64,000 bases of DNA. It comes from Daphnia carinata (Eukaryota). Under the pieces are notes generated by a model. It worked only from the letters and a program-made list of their open reading frames with translations, did not search any database and was not told the origin of the DNA. Positions within the stretch are counted from its first letter, which is position 1. The number at the start of each line of letters is the position of its first letter. Location of the stretch: contig NC_081333.1 in assembly GCF_022539665.2 (NCBI RefSeq), positions 1,736,001 to 1,800,000 on the forward strand. The letters run 5' to 3'. The position numbers and the translations under genes are program-made. This document shows, piece by piece, positions 48,537 to 60,145 of the stretch.

Positions 48537-51500
48537 CACGCCCAGAGTGATGGAGACATAGCTAGCATTACACATTGAAGAGGAAAAGAAACAAGTAATT
48601 GAAGTCGACGCGAGCGAGAATTGTTTTCAACTGTGATGTTTTGTTTTTTGAGCACCTCGGCTGGCAACAATTATAAATTAAGTCTGAAGCCATTCTTTAA
48701 AGCTGGGCACACAGACGGATAATTAGGGAGGCCCTGATTTGGATGGGCCTTAACACGGAGAACGAAAGACTAGAATAAGGGGGGTTGGATTTGTCCATCA
48801 TAAAATTAACAAACAAAACGCAACAACTCTTATCATGTTTAGTCAGGAACTTGTTTCTTGCGTTATCCATTTGTTTTTGTTTTGTTTTTGTTGTTTTTGT
48901 GTTATTAAATAGCCGACAAGTAGTCGGAAGGTGATCCTTTCATGGTGATTGGTTGCTCTTCTTCAGGTGTCGAGTTGCCATGGGGCAAACGGATCCTTGA
49001 CGGTGACAATTGTCTTGTTTCATCATCGAATCCGAAACCTAAATAGATTACCAGAAAGAAAGAAAAAGAATAGTTTCGTTGACTCATCGGATTCCCCGGC
49101 ACGTCAAAACGTTGGCTGCTATCGACAGATAAAGCCACGCAATGGACCGTCGCACAGATAAAAAGATAAACCGCACACCAGTTCTTAAGTCAATAACGAA
49201 AAGGTAATGCGAGGACATGACTAAGAAAAAACACAAATGGGCAAGTCAAAAGTGATATGCTGGTGGGATTTTAGAAATAACAAAATAAAAAGAAAGGGAA
49301 TGCATTCACGAAATGGCGTAATTTGGCAACCACCAATCAAGGCTGACACATCGAATTCACTGGGTATAAGAACTGGATGGCAAGACTTAAAGAAAAAAGA
49401 TCGCCTTGTCATCCCTTTTTTTTTTGCAAGCCTATCACGAAACACCGAATTAAAAAAAAAATCCCGTCAAATCAGCAGAATACTTGAAGCGAAGCCAAAA
49501 TTCTTAACAGGAATCGATCCAAGACATTACAGCTAAGAACAAAGATCAGCTTGATTGAAAATTCATAAAAAAACCGACAAAAGAAGCAGCGTGATAGGTT
49601 TTCAAAAACATTAAAATAAAATATCGATAAGGATTCATTCTCATCTGTCTAAACGGCCCGATAAATAGTTGGCCCGACTGACCTATTTTTTTAGCCGTCA
49701 TCATATCAGTAGGAAGGCCGTTCCACATCAAGGACGCGGGCAACTCCTTCATACTTACGGCTCGGAAACCGCGCGGGCCGTCTGTTTTTATTTTTATGAT
49801 GAGCGTTGATTAAAAACATGCAGACCGGACAGACAAATCCAGATGGAAGAAAGAACCGATAGAAAGCAGAAGTTGCCACATAGACATAAAAACACAAAAG
49901 CCACCAACAGAAATAAATATTAATTGCAGCCGTTTTCCCGTTTTCATGCATTCTAAATGTTTAATCAATATACAAGAAAATCGACAAGCAACCCTTTTAA
50001 AAATGAGACTGACCTGCAATCGCTCGATCTACTTTAGCTTTATCCTCGACGATATACCTGTAATAGACAAGATGCCCTTGTTATTAAGGAAATTTTGAAA
50101 TTTCTTAACTGGAACTGTACCATGCTGTTGCGAAGAAGAAGAGAGCGCCTAGAACTTCGACAACTATCGTAATTGACATGGCCCACTGGAGAGCTTTGAA
50201 ATCGCCTTCCACAGTGGTGAGATCTATTGAAGATGTTCCTGAACTGGAACAGTTTGCGCTTATGTCCGTTTCAGGTAAACTGGTAGAGGTACTCACGGCC
50301 CCCAATGCAGTCGTGTTTAGGAGTAATTCATTGACAAATGTCGTGGCTGGAGTTGCAAACGTTTTCTTAAGAATCTCTGAGATCTGTTGACAATTTCAAA
50401 ACAAAAAATAATTAAGAATTATCGAACGCATTTGGAAAACTAATTAAATGTGTTCGCTTTTACCTGGCCAATCAGGTACGGAGAGCCGGCATCGCCTAAT
50501 GCATGAGAAAACAGAATTTGGAACGCTTCGGCGGTCGACCGTCGTGTAGGGATCACTGTGTACTGGTAATAAAAAGCAATTAAAATGTAGAGAAAAAAAC
50601 AATAAAAATAAGAGACAAACATGGCACACAGCCAACAACTGAAAGAAATGAGGTAAGGCACCGCATACCAGAAGGATATCAGCAACAATCGCCCAGTTCA
50701 AATTGAGCAGGACTTGGCCAAAGAAGACAACCACAAAGCAGGTGGTCGTGTTCCATCCAGCGATAAACAGCGCGGCTAACATTAGGGGAGTTGAAAACAG
50801 CATACCCATACCGCACACGATGGGGTCGGCACGTTGGTAACGAACACGCAACTTTTGACCCAGGAATGAGCCCAGGGGTACGCCCAACAGACCGGCAATC
50901 ATGGCAATCAAGCCGAAAATGTACGAGACACTACAGAGTACGAAGATAAAAATACAAACAAAACATACATTGATATGTTGACGTGAACTGACAGCTAAAG
51001 CACGTGACACTGACTATCACAATATCAAAGGCACAAGCGTGACAAGGTGTTCGAAACGTGACCGGACGTGATTTTGGAATTTTACCATCGTAATATCAGT
51101 AAGGAGAGACCAGTTCAAGTTTAAAAACAACTGGCCAAGGAACATGAAGGTAAATGTCATGACCGGTTGACTGTCTGCCAAAATCAGGGTGGCCACCATG
51201 AAAGGTACGCTAAGTATTAGACCTGCTCCGCAAACATTCGGATCAGCAGTCGGATAGACCCGACGAAGTTTCTGACTTAGGAACGATCCAGCTGTGACAC
51301 CCAAAACTCCGGCCATGACTGTTTCACCGCCAAAGATAAGTGCAACGCTAATGATCGAAATTCCGTAGTTTTTTTCGTTTGTTTAGGCCATAATGCGGAA
51401 AATTCAATGAAGCGCTTTGTCATTTGATTATATCGCCTGAATTGAAACGGAAATTGACGTACTCATCCAGCGAAACATCCTGATGACCTTGTTGAGTGGC

Positions 51501-53495
51501 CAAGCCCAATGCGATAAACTTGGGACCCCACCACGCCAGGGCTCCAGCGACGAACGCTACCGCTGTGCAAGCTGCAGTGGACATGACAAAGCTTTTGCTG
51601 TTGTGGCAAAATTATTTTTAAAAAACCACTGGTTAGGCGACATGGCTTACACGAGGCCGCAATTAAAAATAACTGTTAACTGACTTTTTGCCCAGGGACT
51701 TAATGTCGTCCCACCAACTCGTGGCTGATAGATGGGCGCCTTCCGATTCGCCGCGAGGAGGATCTTGTACGACCAACAAAATCAGTAGCACGGCAATAGC
51801 ACCGAAAACGGGCGTGACTCGAAGTCCCCAATGCCACGAACCCATTATCCTCGCCGCTTCCGAGCCGACAATGTAGCCCAGTCCGCTATTGGATGTAATG
51901 TTTTGAACAGGAAATACTGCAATTAGGCACAGCACTCATGACACATCACCAGGATATATATTAATCATTACCTTCCCACAGGAATGGCAAAATAGAAAAG
52001 GGCGAGGAACTTGGAGCGAGTATCGCCGACGAACAAGTCGGAAATGATTGTTGGTGCAATAGTCGAGTATGATGCTTCACCAACACCTACAAGAGCCCTC
52101 ATCACCAAGAACCCCCAGAAGGTTGTCATATAAGAGCCAAGTAGCGTTGTCAGGCTCCAAATGAAAATCCCGCCTGCCATGATGAGCCTGAATAAAATAC
52201 AATGTTAGCGATACAATCCGGAAATAAATAAATAATTCAAAATACCGTCGTGAGTATCGATCACCCAGATAGCCGAACACAGGGGCGCATATCATGTATA
52301 TGGCGACAAAAGCTGTCTGCAGGAGTCCCCCCTCAGTATCTCCGATGTTCAAATCACATTGTATCTGGGTCAAAATTCCTATTCAAACAAAATAAAACAA
52401 ACGTTAAAGATGAAAATTAGATAGTCAAAACTGTTTACGTGGCATCGCATTTCTATACAATGGTTACCGGACTAGTAATATAACCTTCACGCATGTAAAT
52501 GTCATCCTGTTCTAGAAAATAATTTTAGATACTACCGACTAGGCGACTTTCCAAATCATGTTTTTCTTTAGGCCTGCAACGTGGCTATTTTTCATCGTGT
52601 TATTGAATACATGCCAGAAATGTGGGCGGGTCACTTTAAAAACTGGAGCGAAATGATAACTTTATGCTGAATTGCTGAATGAAGGTGTGAATTAGTCAAT
52701 GATGCAAGCCGGTTCAATCGAATGCTAACTGTAAACTGTAATCAATAACAAACGCTATTTATTTTTTTGCGTCATCATTCGGCTCTTGGAATAGCCGGGT
52801 CGGCTCACGTCAGCTGGCAACCAATAAGAGAAGGGGCCACGACCACGCCACCTGACGTCATCAAAACCCTCACGTGAAATTTTAAGGCCAACGTATGGGG
52901 TGATGGAAATTTTTTCACAAGCCACTCCTACATGCCCACGTCACTCATAGCGAGTACACACGAAAATGAAGATGATGCAATTAGTTGGCTTGAATAGAGA
53001 ACCTTCAAGTGGACTGAATGCTTGCTAACTACTTGCAGATAAAATAGGAATAAAAATGAAGGGAAGGATAAGTCGAAAACTATTTTTTCTAGTATGATGG
53101 TCTTCCTGGTAATATTCCTACTTCACAACACATTGTTTTAAATTTTTCAAAGCACATGTTAAGGTAAAGATAAAGGATGTACCTGCTATTGTATATCTGT
53201 CCATGTAATTGATTAGATTGACAAAGCAGAGGATGCTGACGGTGATGATCTGTCGTTTTGTGAGCTGGGGCTCAGTTCTGGTTTCTCCTGAGGAGCTGAT
53301 TGCTGAAGAAACACTTACACATGGTGATTCCTTCGTATTGATTTTCAAGTTTGAGCTGGATAGTGAACTTGATCCACTCGAGTCTGTCGACACTTTTCCA
53401 TCTTGCCTATTGGAGTTTCTTAATGAACGTTCGCACACTTCATGATCGATCAACTGTTGAGCAGACATATTCGCACGAATTCCAGTTGAATCCAT
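47982..53495 (-). CDS. spin: Protein spinster (SPNS1-like lysosomal MFS transporter), alternatively spliced
   Basis: [25 protein letters not shown]...[86 protein letters not shown]. The 3' end given is the most distal candidate last exon. Confidence 0.95.
50669..51347 (-). other. Pair of homologous mutually exclusive exons of spinster (A 51086-51347, B 50669-50930)
   Basis: Both 262 nt, AG/GT bounded, same phases. Peptides align ([17 protein letters not shown]...[11 protein letters not shown] vs [17 protein letters not shown]...[11 protein letters not shown]). Confidence 0.9.
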
Positions 53496-55936
53496 AGTCT
53501 TTATCTATTTGTCGTTCTAATAAGGTGGGGAAAAATGATGGTGAAATGGACTGCGATACGCGTCGTGATATGAACTAGCTGTCACTGATTCTACCGGCTT
53601 TTGAGAATCAGCAAAGTACCTGAATGGAAGAGAAGCAGACTGTTTTTCTATCGGTGAAATGGGCGGGGCTATACAACGGTTTTCGGATGTCGTACGATAC
53701 ACTAGCCAATGGCGTGCTGCTTGTACCCTTCCTAGTCAATACAAACCAAAATATTAAAATTGTATTAATAGTTGAATTTGTATTATTTTCTACTGCCTGA
53801 AAATTTGGCAAAGCATAATAATAATTCTAAACAAAAAATGCTGTTTTATTATGAACGGATTTGACTTGAGTAGTACTGACGACGTCTGTTTTTGACAACT
53901 GTCAAAAATTGGCAATATTTTGCATAACACAAGATTCATAGGAACTGGTATACTGGAAAATGGAAATGATAAAATCGTACGATGTGTCAATGACCATAAC
54001 TACTATCTAATCTGGGAAAATAACTGCATTGCACAGTGTGGTGCTAACAATTGTGAAACGGGAAAATTTACACAACGTGGTTTCGCATGCATTCTATAGA
54101 AAGGAAACATGTGGTTGCTATTTAGATTCAGAAAACTAAAGAAATAGACACCTTCACTTTATCTTACCTACTACAAAAAGTGTGAAGGCTACAAGACGCA
54201 AACTCTCCGTCTCGTGACTGAGCCGACGACTAACAGAAAAAGTGAACTTGTAAACTTTCTTTAATTTCTCCGGGCGTAGAAGAGAAAGTCCAGTCCAATG
54301 GGAGATCTCACATGACCAGTGAAAGAGCTTCAATTGCATTTTACTATTTGAGCGCCATTTAGTTTAAACGATTTTTGTCGCCGTCATCAATTCGTCCATT
54401 CGTGCCATCTATCGAACAGCGGAGGGTGCACGCTAAATTTTTCATTTTACTAGTCTCTATCCGCATTTAAGACACTAATTTGCGTTACGTAGATTAGAAA
54501 AAGCTTAATCATGTGCTAGCTATGCAAGTTTAAGCTTTCAAAACGACAGCGTAGGGCGGATATCGTAGCCTGGTTCAATCTTGTTTTATCTTTTGTGATT
54601 ATAAATAAGGCCACCATAACAAACCCTCGGATGCATTTTAATCGTCACGCACGTGTCGTCGATCATAATAGAGGCGGAAAAAACGATGGCTTCCCATTAC
54701 TGAAATACATGGCTTCGTTTTGCATTGAATGGCCATTGTTATGCATTTTCCAAATCAATTTCTAAATTTTTTGACATGCTAAAAAAGGTCTTCATTAAGC
54801 CATACAAATTAGACATGAGGGGATACTAGTATGGGGCAATTTTCGAAAAAAAAAATACCTTATTCCCTTGCGTTTTAAACAAGAAATGTAATTTTGCGTA
54901 AGACGTTGCTTTTCCATTATTTTTTGGGAAAACCATTTGACTCGTAAAATTATCTGTCGTTATCCGTTTGCCTCCGTTATCAATGGACGTTTTGGTGTCA
55001 CGGATTAAGGCTTAAAAACCTAGTTTCAACAGGAAAATTATGATTAGGAACTCAAAAATGTTTTGGTCATCAGTTGTATTGTTTAGTCCAAAATATTTTG
55101 GAATTTACCTGCATAATAACGCCATACTCATAACAGCTCAATTTCGATTGCTTAATTTTGGTTAAAAAGCTACGGGATTCCAACCAACGTCCTTCAATCA
55201 GACATGGAAATGATGCCTTTTTTATATCAACAAGGGAAAACAACGTAAATTTGTGGCTACTACTTTTGCGCGTGCAACCAAAAATTCACGACAGAATCGA
55301 TTAGAATGAATCGTGCGTGTGTCATCGTTAAACCTTAGACACATTGGTCTGCTGACGGCGATCCGGATATTGCTGAATTGTTGGCAAGCCAAAATCGTAC
55401 CGTGAATAGCATTGTTTGTCCCCAACTCTTCCTTTTTCTTACGTGCCATAGGCACGCACGCTCTTGGCTCAATTTAGCCTCTTAATTACGAAAAATATTC
55501 CTTTCGTTTAGTTCCAAGAAATCCACAAGCGCAATGTAAAACATAGATACGTATCGTTCCAATGACTACGCTAAACCTTATGACCGAAACTATACTACAA
55601 TCCACGATTTCTGTTGTATCGATAACAACATGGGTTAAAGCCTGCACTACTATACGTTCAATAAGTCGACTTATCGTGTTTCGAAGACATCAGCCAAACA
55701 AGAACCTAGATAGCAACTCGTGCAACGAAAAGCATTTGGGGAAATGAGGTACCAGTCGGTGTTAAATGTTAAAGGGCAAATATTCAAGTATGTCGTACCT
55801 AGAGTACAAGCACCTAACTGGGAAACCTCATTTGCTTCTTACAAGCTGGCAATTCCTCTAGAGTCTTTCGAAATCAAATACAGTACGGAGTAAGGCTCTC
55901 GGCAGTTCGTTTAACATTTCCAAAATATCTTCCGGA

Positions 55937-58354
55937 ATGTCGATGGCTTGTAAAAAAAGATTGAAGAACGAAAAACTACTGGTGTGTGCTATTCTTGTGC
56001 AATTAGCTCTGGGTTGCGCATTTACTTTATTTGTCGAATACGGAAATGAATCGAACGGAGCTTATGTGGGTAACAGCTACCACGGTGTACATCTGGGAGT
56101 TCAAGAAAAGAAATCCGGGAAAAATTCATTACCCAACAGCTACTACAGTATGTTTTATTTATTTTTGCATGTTTGTAAATTGCGATCCTGCTACTAAAAA
56201 ATTAAAAAATTCTGCAAGAGTGGGCTGTTTGCCAATCTTATCAATACACGTGCCAAATGCCTGGCTTCCATTTGGGTGCAGATCACGCCATGATCCTATG
56301 AATAACTTGTTTAATATTGGATCTTTATTTAGTGTTTCAGGATGTGCATTTGATGATGTTTATCGGCTTTGGATACCTTTTATTGCTGATGAAAAGTTCA
56401 GATCGCCGCTCCATAACTTTGTACTTCCTAGTCGTTGCGATCAGTCTCCAATGGGGAACTCTCTGCTACGGATTCTTCCGCACCGACAAAGGAAAAATCT
56501 ACTTGGACATCGATAGGTAAGGTATATCTTTCACATTATTGTATTTAATTACAGATTGAATAAAATTATTTCTATCACATTTTTGCAGTTTACTGAATGC
56601 GGATTTCGCATGCGCTGGAGTGCTAATTTCGTGCGCTGCGGTCTCGGAATTCGTCACACCACTCCAGCTCATGTTCATGGCTCTGCTAGAAATTGCCTTT
56701 TCTTCTAGCAACAAGTGGATCGGTTCTGTCGTGTTTCAGGTAAATTACACGTCCTACAAGTAGGCTACTGAAACTAGAGCCTAGCTTTTACATCATCGTG
56801 AAATGTCCTGTTTCAGCCTCCAAACGTTTGATAGCAATCTGTTTTATGAATTGAATTAAATCTGTGGCAGGCATCGGATATCGGATCCTCAATGTTTATC
56901 CATGCATTTGGGGCCTATTTCGGTTTGGCTGTGAGTTTCGTTTTGTACCGTCGTACGACTTATTGCGTCAATAGGCAATCCAGCCGAAAAAAGGAAGCAA
57001 ACGACCCGATCCGCTCTACCTTTTCGGCCAGTATTGGTATGCGTTGCACTTGATAATCATTGAATAAAAAATGCCCAAGATTAAGCAAATAGATGATAAG
57101 AACAGGAACGATGTTCTTGTGGATCTTGTGGCCCAGTTTCAACGCTTGCCTTGCAAAAGGTGATGCGGAACAGTTCCGTGCCATCATCAACACGTACTAT
57201 TCATTATCGGCCAGCTGCGTGACGGCCTTCGCCGTTTCGTCTCTCGTTGCCAACTGCTTCATGTGCGCTGAAAACAGCAGTCGGCAAAAATTCAACATGG
57301 CAAGTAAACAGCTAAATTTAGATTCTAGTGAAATCTAAAGATTCGCGTTATGTTCCGCACAGGATGTTTTCCAAAATTCGACCTTGGTAGGTGGAGTTGT
57401 GATTGGCACATCCGCCGATATGATGATTAACATTTGGGGAGCTATGATTATAGGGGGCTTAGCCGGTGCAGGATCTGTGTTCATCGATCGTTTTTCAGCC
57501 GTAAGTAGAACATTAAATTAAACGAAACTGATTATACATTTATTGAAACAGTGAACATGATTTTGTGCTCACTTCAAGAAGCACATCGTCGATCGTGTGT
57601 CGGGAATCCGCGATGCGTGGTAACATAATTTTAATTTCTATGCAACCTTGCAAACCGCATTTTTTTCAATTAGTTTTTACTCAAAACGTTTTCCTTGTTT
57701 GTTTTCATAACAAATCAATGTAAAGGAAAGTAAACACATTACATGGAATGCCGGGCATACTAGCGGGTTTAATCGGTGCAGTTGTATCAGCTACGGCAAC
57801 CAAGGAGGACTACGGTTTCAGGTTGTTGCATGCTACACAATTCCATGAACGTATCTGATAATTGTGTTTTGCATATCACCACAGTTTATACCGACAATTC
57901 CCTGCCCGTTCTCCACTTAACAGTTCCAGCGAGTTCCTAAAGATTGAGTACTATAACCTTAGAATTGATCCCGGGGTAGAACGAACAGCTGCGCTGCAGG
58001 CAGGGTATCAGATCGCTGCACTCGTCGTGACATTGGTGATCGCTATTGTTGGAGGGCTCGGAACAGGTTAGCATGGTTCTAGTGACACACAGGTGTCACA
58101 ACTATTCATTGTATGTTCTTTTGTACCATGAACCACTTCCTTGTAAATTCCTTTTTATCTACGAATTTGTAGGCATGGTTCTGTTATTGCCCTTCTTCCG
58201 CCAACCCGTCCCGTCTGAAGAGAACGATTCGCAATCTGATCTGTCTCTTGTTGTTGATCAGTTGTTGCTCTCTGACAAAAATGCCACTATCGACAATGTT
58301 ATAACAACTGAACCTGTCGCTACGCCAACGGAAAATCAGTCGTCCATTTGTTAA
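55937..58354 (+). CDS. Rh-type ammonium transporter (divergent), multi-exon
   Basis: [107 protein letters not shown]. Confidence 0.9.
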
Positions 58355-58984
58355 AGAAATTTGAATACGATTAATTTTGTATACGCATTCTATTACCGTC
58401 GAAATCAACATTAACAGAAAATGAGATACATTAAATTTTATGTATTTTCATTATCGGTTTTGTTCAAGCTGATCGAAAAAAAAGCAAGTCATACTAGAAG
58501 GATAGTTCTACATTTTTATGGCTTTCACGGACAGTATAGCAACCGTATTCGTTTTGTATGAAAAATAAATCATCAAAGTCTACCTGTCTGGGACACCATC
58601 AGTCTGCATAGAGGCAAGAATTTGGAATATCAAGAGGGCAAGTTTACCGAGACCAAAAAGAAATAATGACCTTACCTCTGGTCACTGACCTATCTCTCAT
58701 AAAGTTTGGTGGTCTTCGCAAATGGTCAAATTTTTTCCCGTTAGATATGGTTTTAAAGGCCTTAGAAACAGAAAGCAAAGGTCAGAGCAGTTTCATCTTT
58801 TCTAAAGATGGTTCGTTTTTCGAACTTGTGCCATTTTTCAACTGGAACTGGGACCATACACAAATAGGTGAGTTCGATTCATTATCAGTATAAATAAAAA
58901 ATATTCCGTGTAATCCAACGCAGTGGATCTTGAACATATTTTCCTCATTTCAGATTGATTGTTCAATAACAAGCCGTGAAAAAT

Positions 58985-59578
58985 ATGGCCGTTTTGACAT
59001 TTGGCGTAGCGACAGTGATCGCAGTCACCGGAGCCAGTGCTGCGACAGCAGCCCCAGCACTGGCTGGAACGCTTACGGGAATCGTTACAATCTCTGCTTC
59101 GCCAGAAGTAGGTGGTGTAGCTGCCACCGTCGCTGGATCTGCTGGAGCGGGAGCGGTTGTCGGTGCCATCAGCGGAACTGCTGAAAATGGTTCGGCCGTC
59201 ATCGGGGCAGTTCTTGGTTCAGCCTCTTCTGCCGCAGTAACTTGCAGCAGCGCCGGATTCGCCGGAGCGGTAAGCAGTGGGCTTACGGTCGGGCCCCTAG
59301 GCTGGATGGTATTGGGGGCTGAACATTCCGTCAACGATGTTGTAACATTCGACTGCTGGAAACCGGTTTTACGGGACAACTCAGACGAACCGTCACGCGG
59401 AAAGCTGTTGAAGGACGTGATTGACGATTGGCGAATCAAGAAAGTGATTATCAAAGACGGAAAGGTTAGCCAGTTGCCTCAGTTGAGTCTGATCAATGTG
59501 TGGGACGAGACATTCAATATCGAGTATCTGGTTTTACCCACCAACAACCAGCTGGTAGCTCACGCTGTTCGTATGTGA
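58985..59578 (+). CDS. Uncharacterised protein with long Gly/Ala-rich hydrophobic segment (possibly a 5'-disrupted gene)
   Basis: 197-codon ORF from ATG 58985 with a GxxxG-rich N-terminal half and globular C-terminus FDCWKPVLRDNSDEPSRGKLLKDV...NVWDETFNIEY. The apparent upstream exon (donor ag|gtgag ~58868) splices into a stop. Confidence 0.65.
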   Translation: MAVLTFGVATVIAVTGASAATAAPALAGTLTGIVTISASPEVGGVAATVAGSAGAGAVVGAISGTAENGSAVIGAVLGSASSAAVTCSSAGFAGAVSSGLTVGPLGWMVLGAEHSVNDVVTFDCWKPVLRDNSDEPSRGKLLKDVIDDWRIKKVIIKDGKVSQLPQLSLINVWDETFNIEYLVLPTNNQLVAHAVRM

Positions 59579-60145
59579 ACTTAAAAATTGTCATAAAAAA
59601 GCAATGAAAGTTTAACATGATTCTGTTTGTCATGATGTGTTGTCAGTCTTTATGAACTTAGATAGACCTCAAGATAGTTGTACACCTCGTCTGTATAGCC
59701 CCACCTGCTCACATTTTCCTTAAATACATCTAGTAAAAATGTTAAGGTTGTCTTGAATTTTAAAAATCTTCTCTTGGACTTACTCAGTATGCTTATAATG
59801 GTGTGAATAGTATTTTCTAATAGTGTGAAGGCTTAAGGGTGCTAAGGTGCTGGGCTTCGTTCTTTTCCCGTGGCAGCAGCCACACCCTTACCGGGAGTTC
59901 CAGTTGGCACTTTTAAGGGTGAGATTCGCGAATAGCATGCCATTACAGAGTGTCCGCGTTTTTATTTTTCCTTTTTTCCCACAACCATACAATCTTAGCT
60001 GAACGTCCCAATTGTTTTGGAGATGTGACGTAAGGTGATTTGCCCGAAACAGGATTGAAATACCATAGAGTCAAATCTTGGCTTAGAATTTATTACAATT
60101 CATTTGTATTTGGCATGCGATCAATACCCCTTCTGCTATATGTTT

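Noticed and set aside
52821..52841. ER-stress element CCAAT-N9-CCACG
   Set aside because: Spacing is 11 nt, not 9.
54515..54582. tRNA-like sequence (GGTTCAATC)
   Set aside because: B-box-like only; no D arm or cloverleaf.
58963..59454. 163-aa antisense Ala/Pro/Thr-rich ORF
   Set aside because: Shadow of the Gly/Ala codon bias on the + strand.
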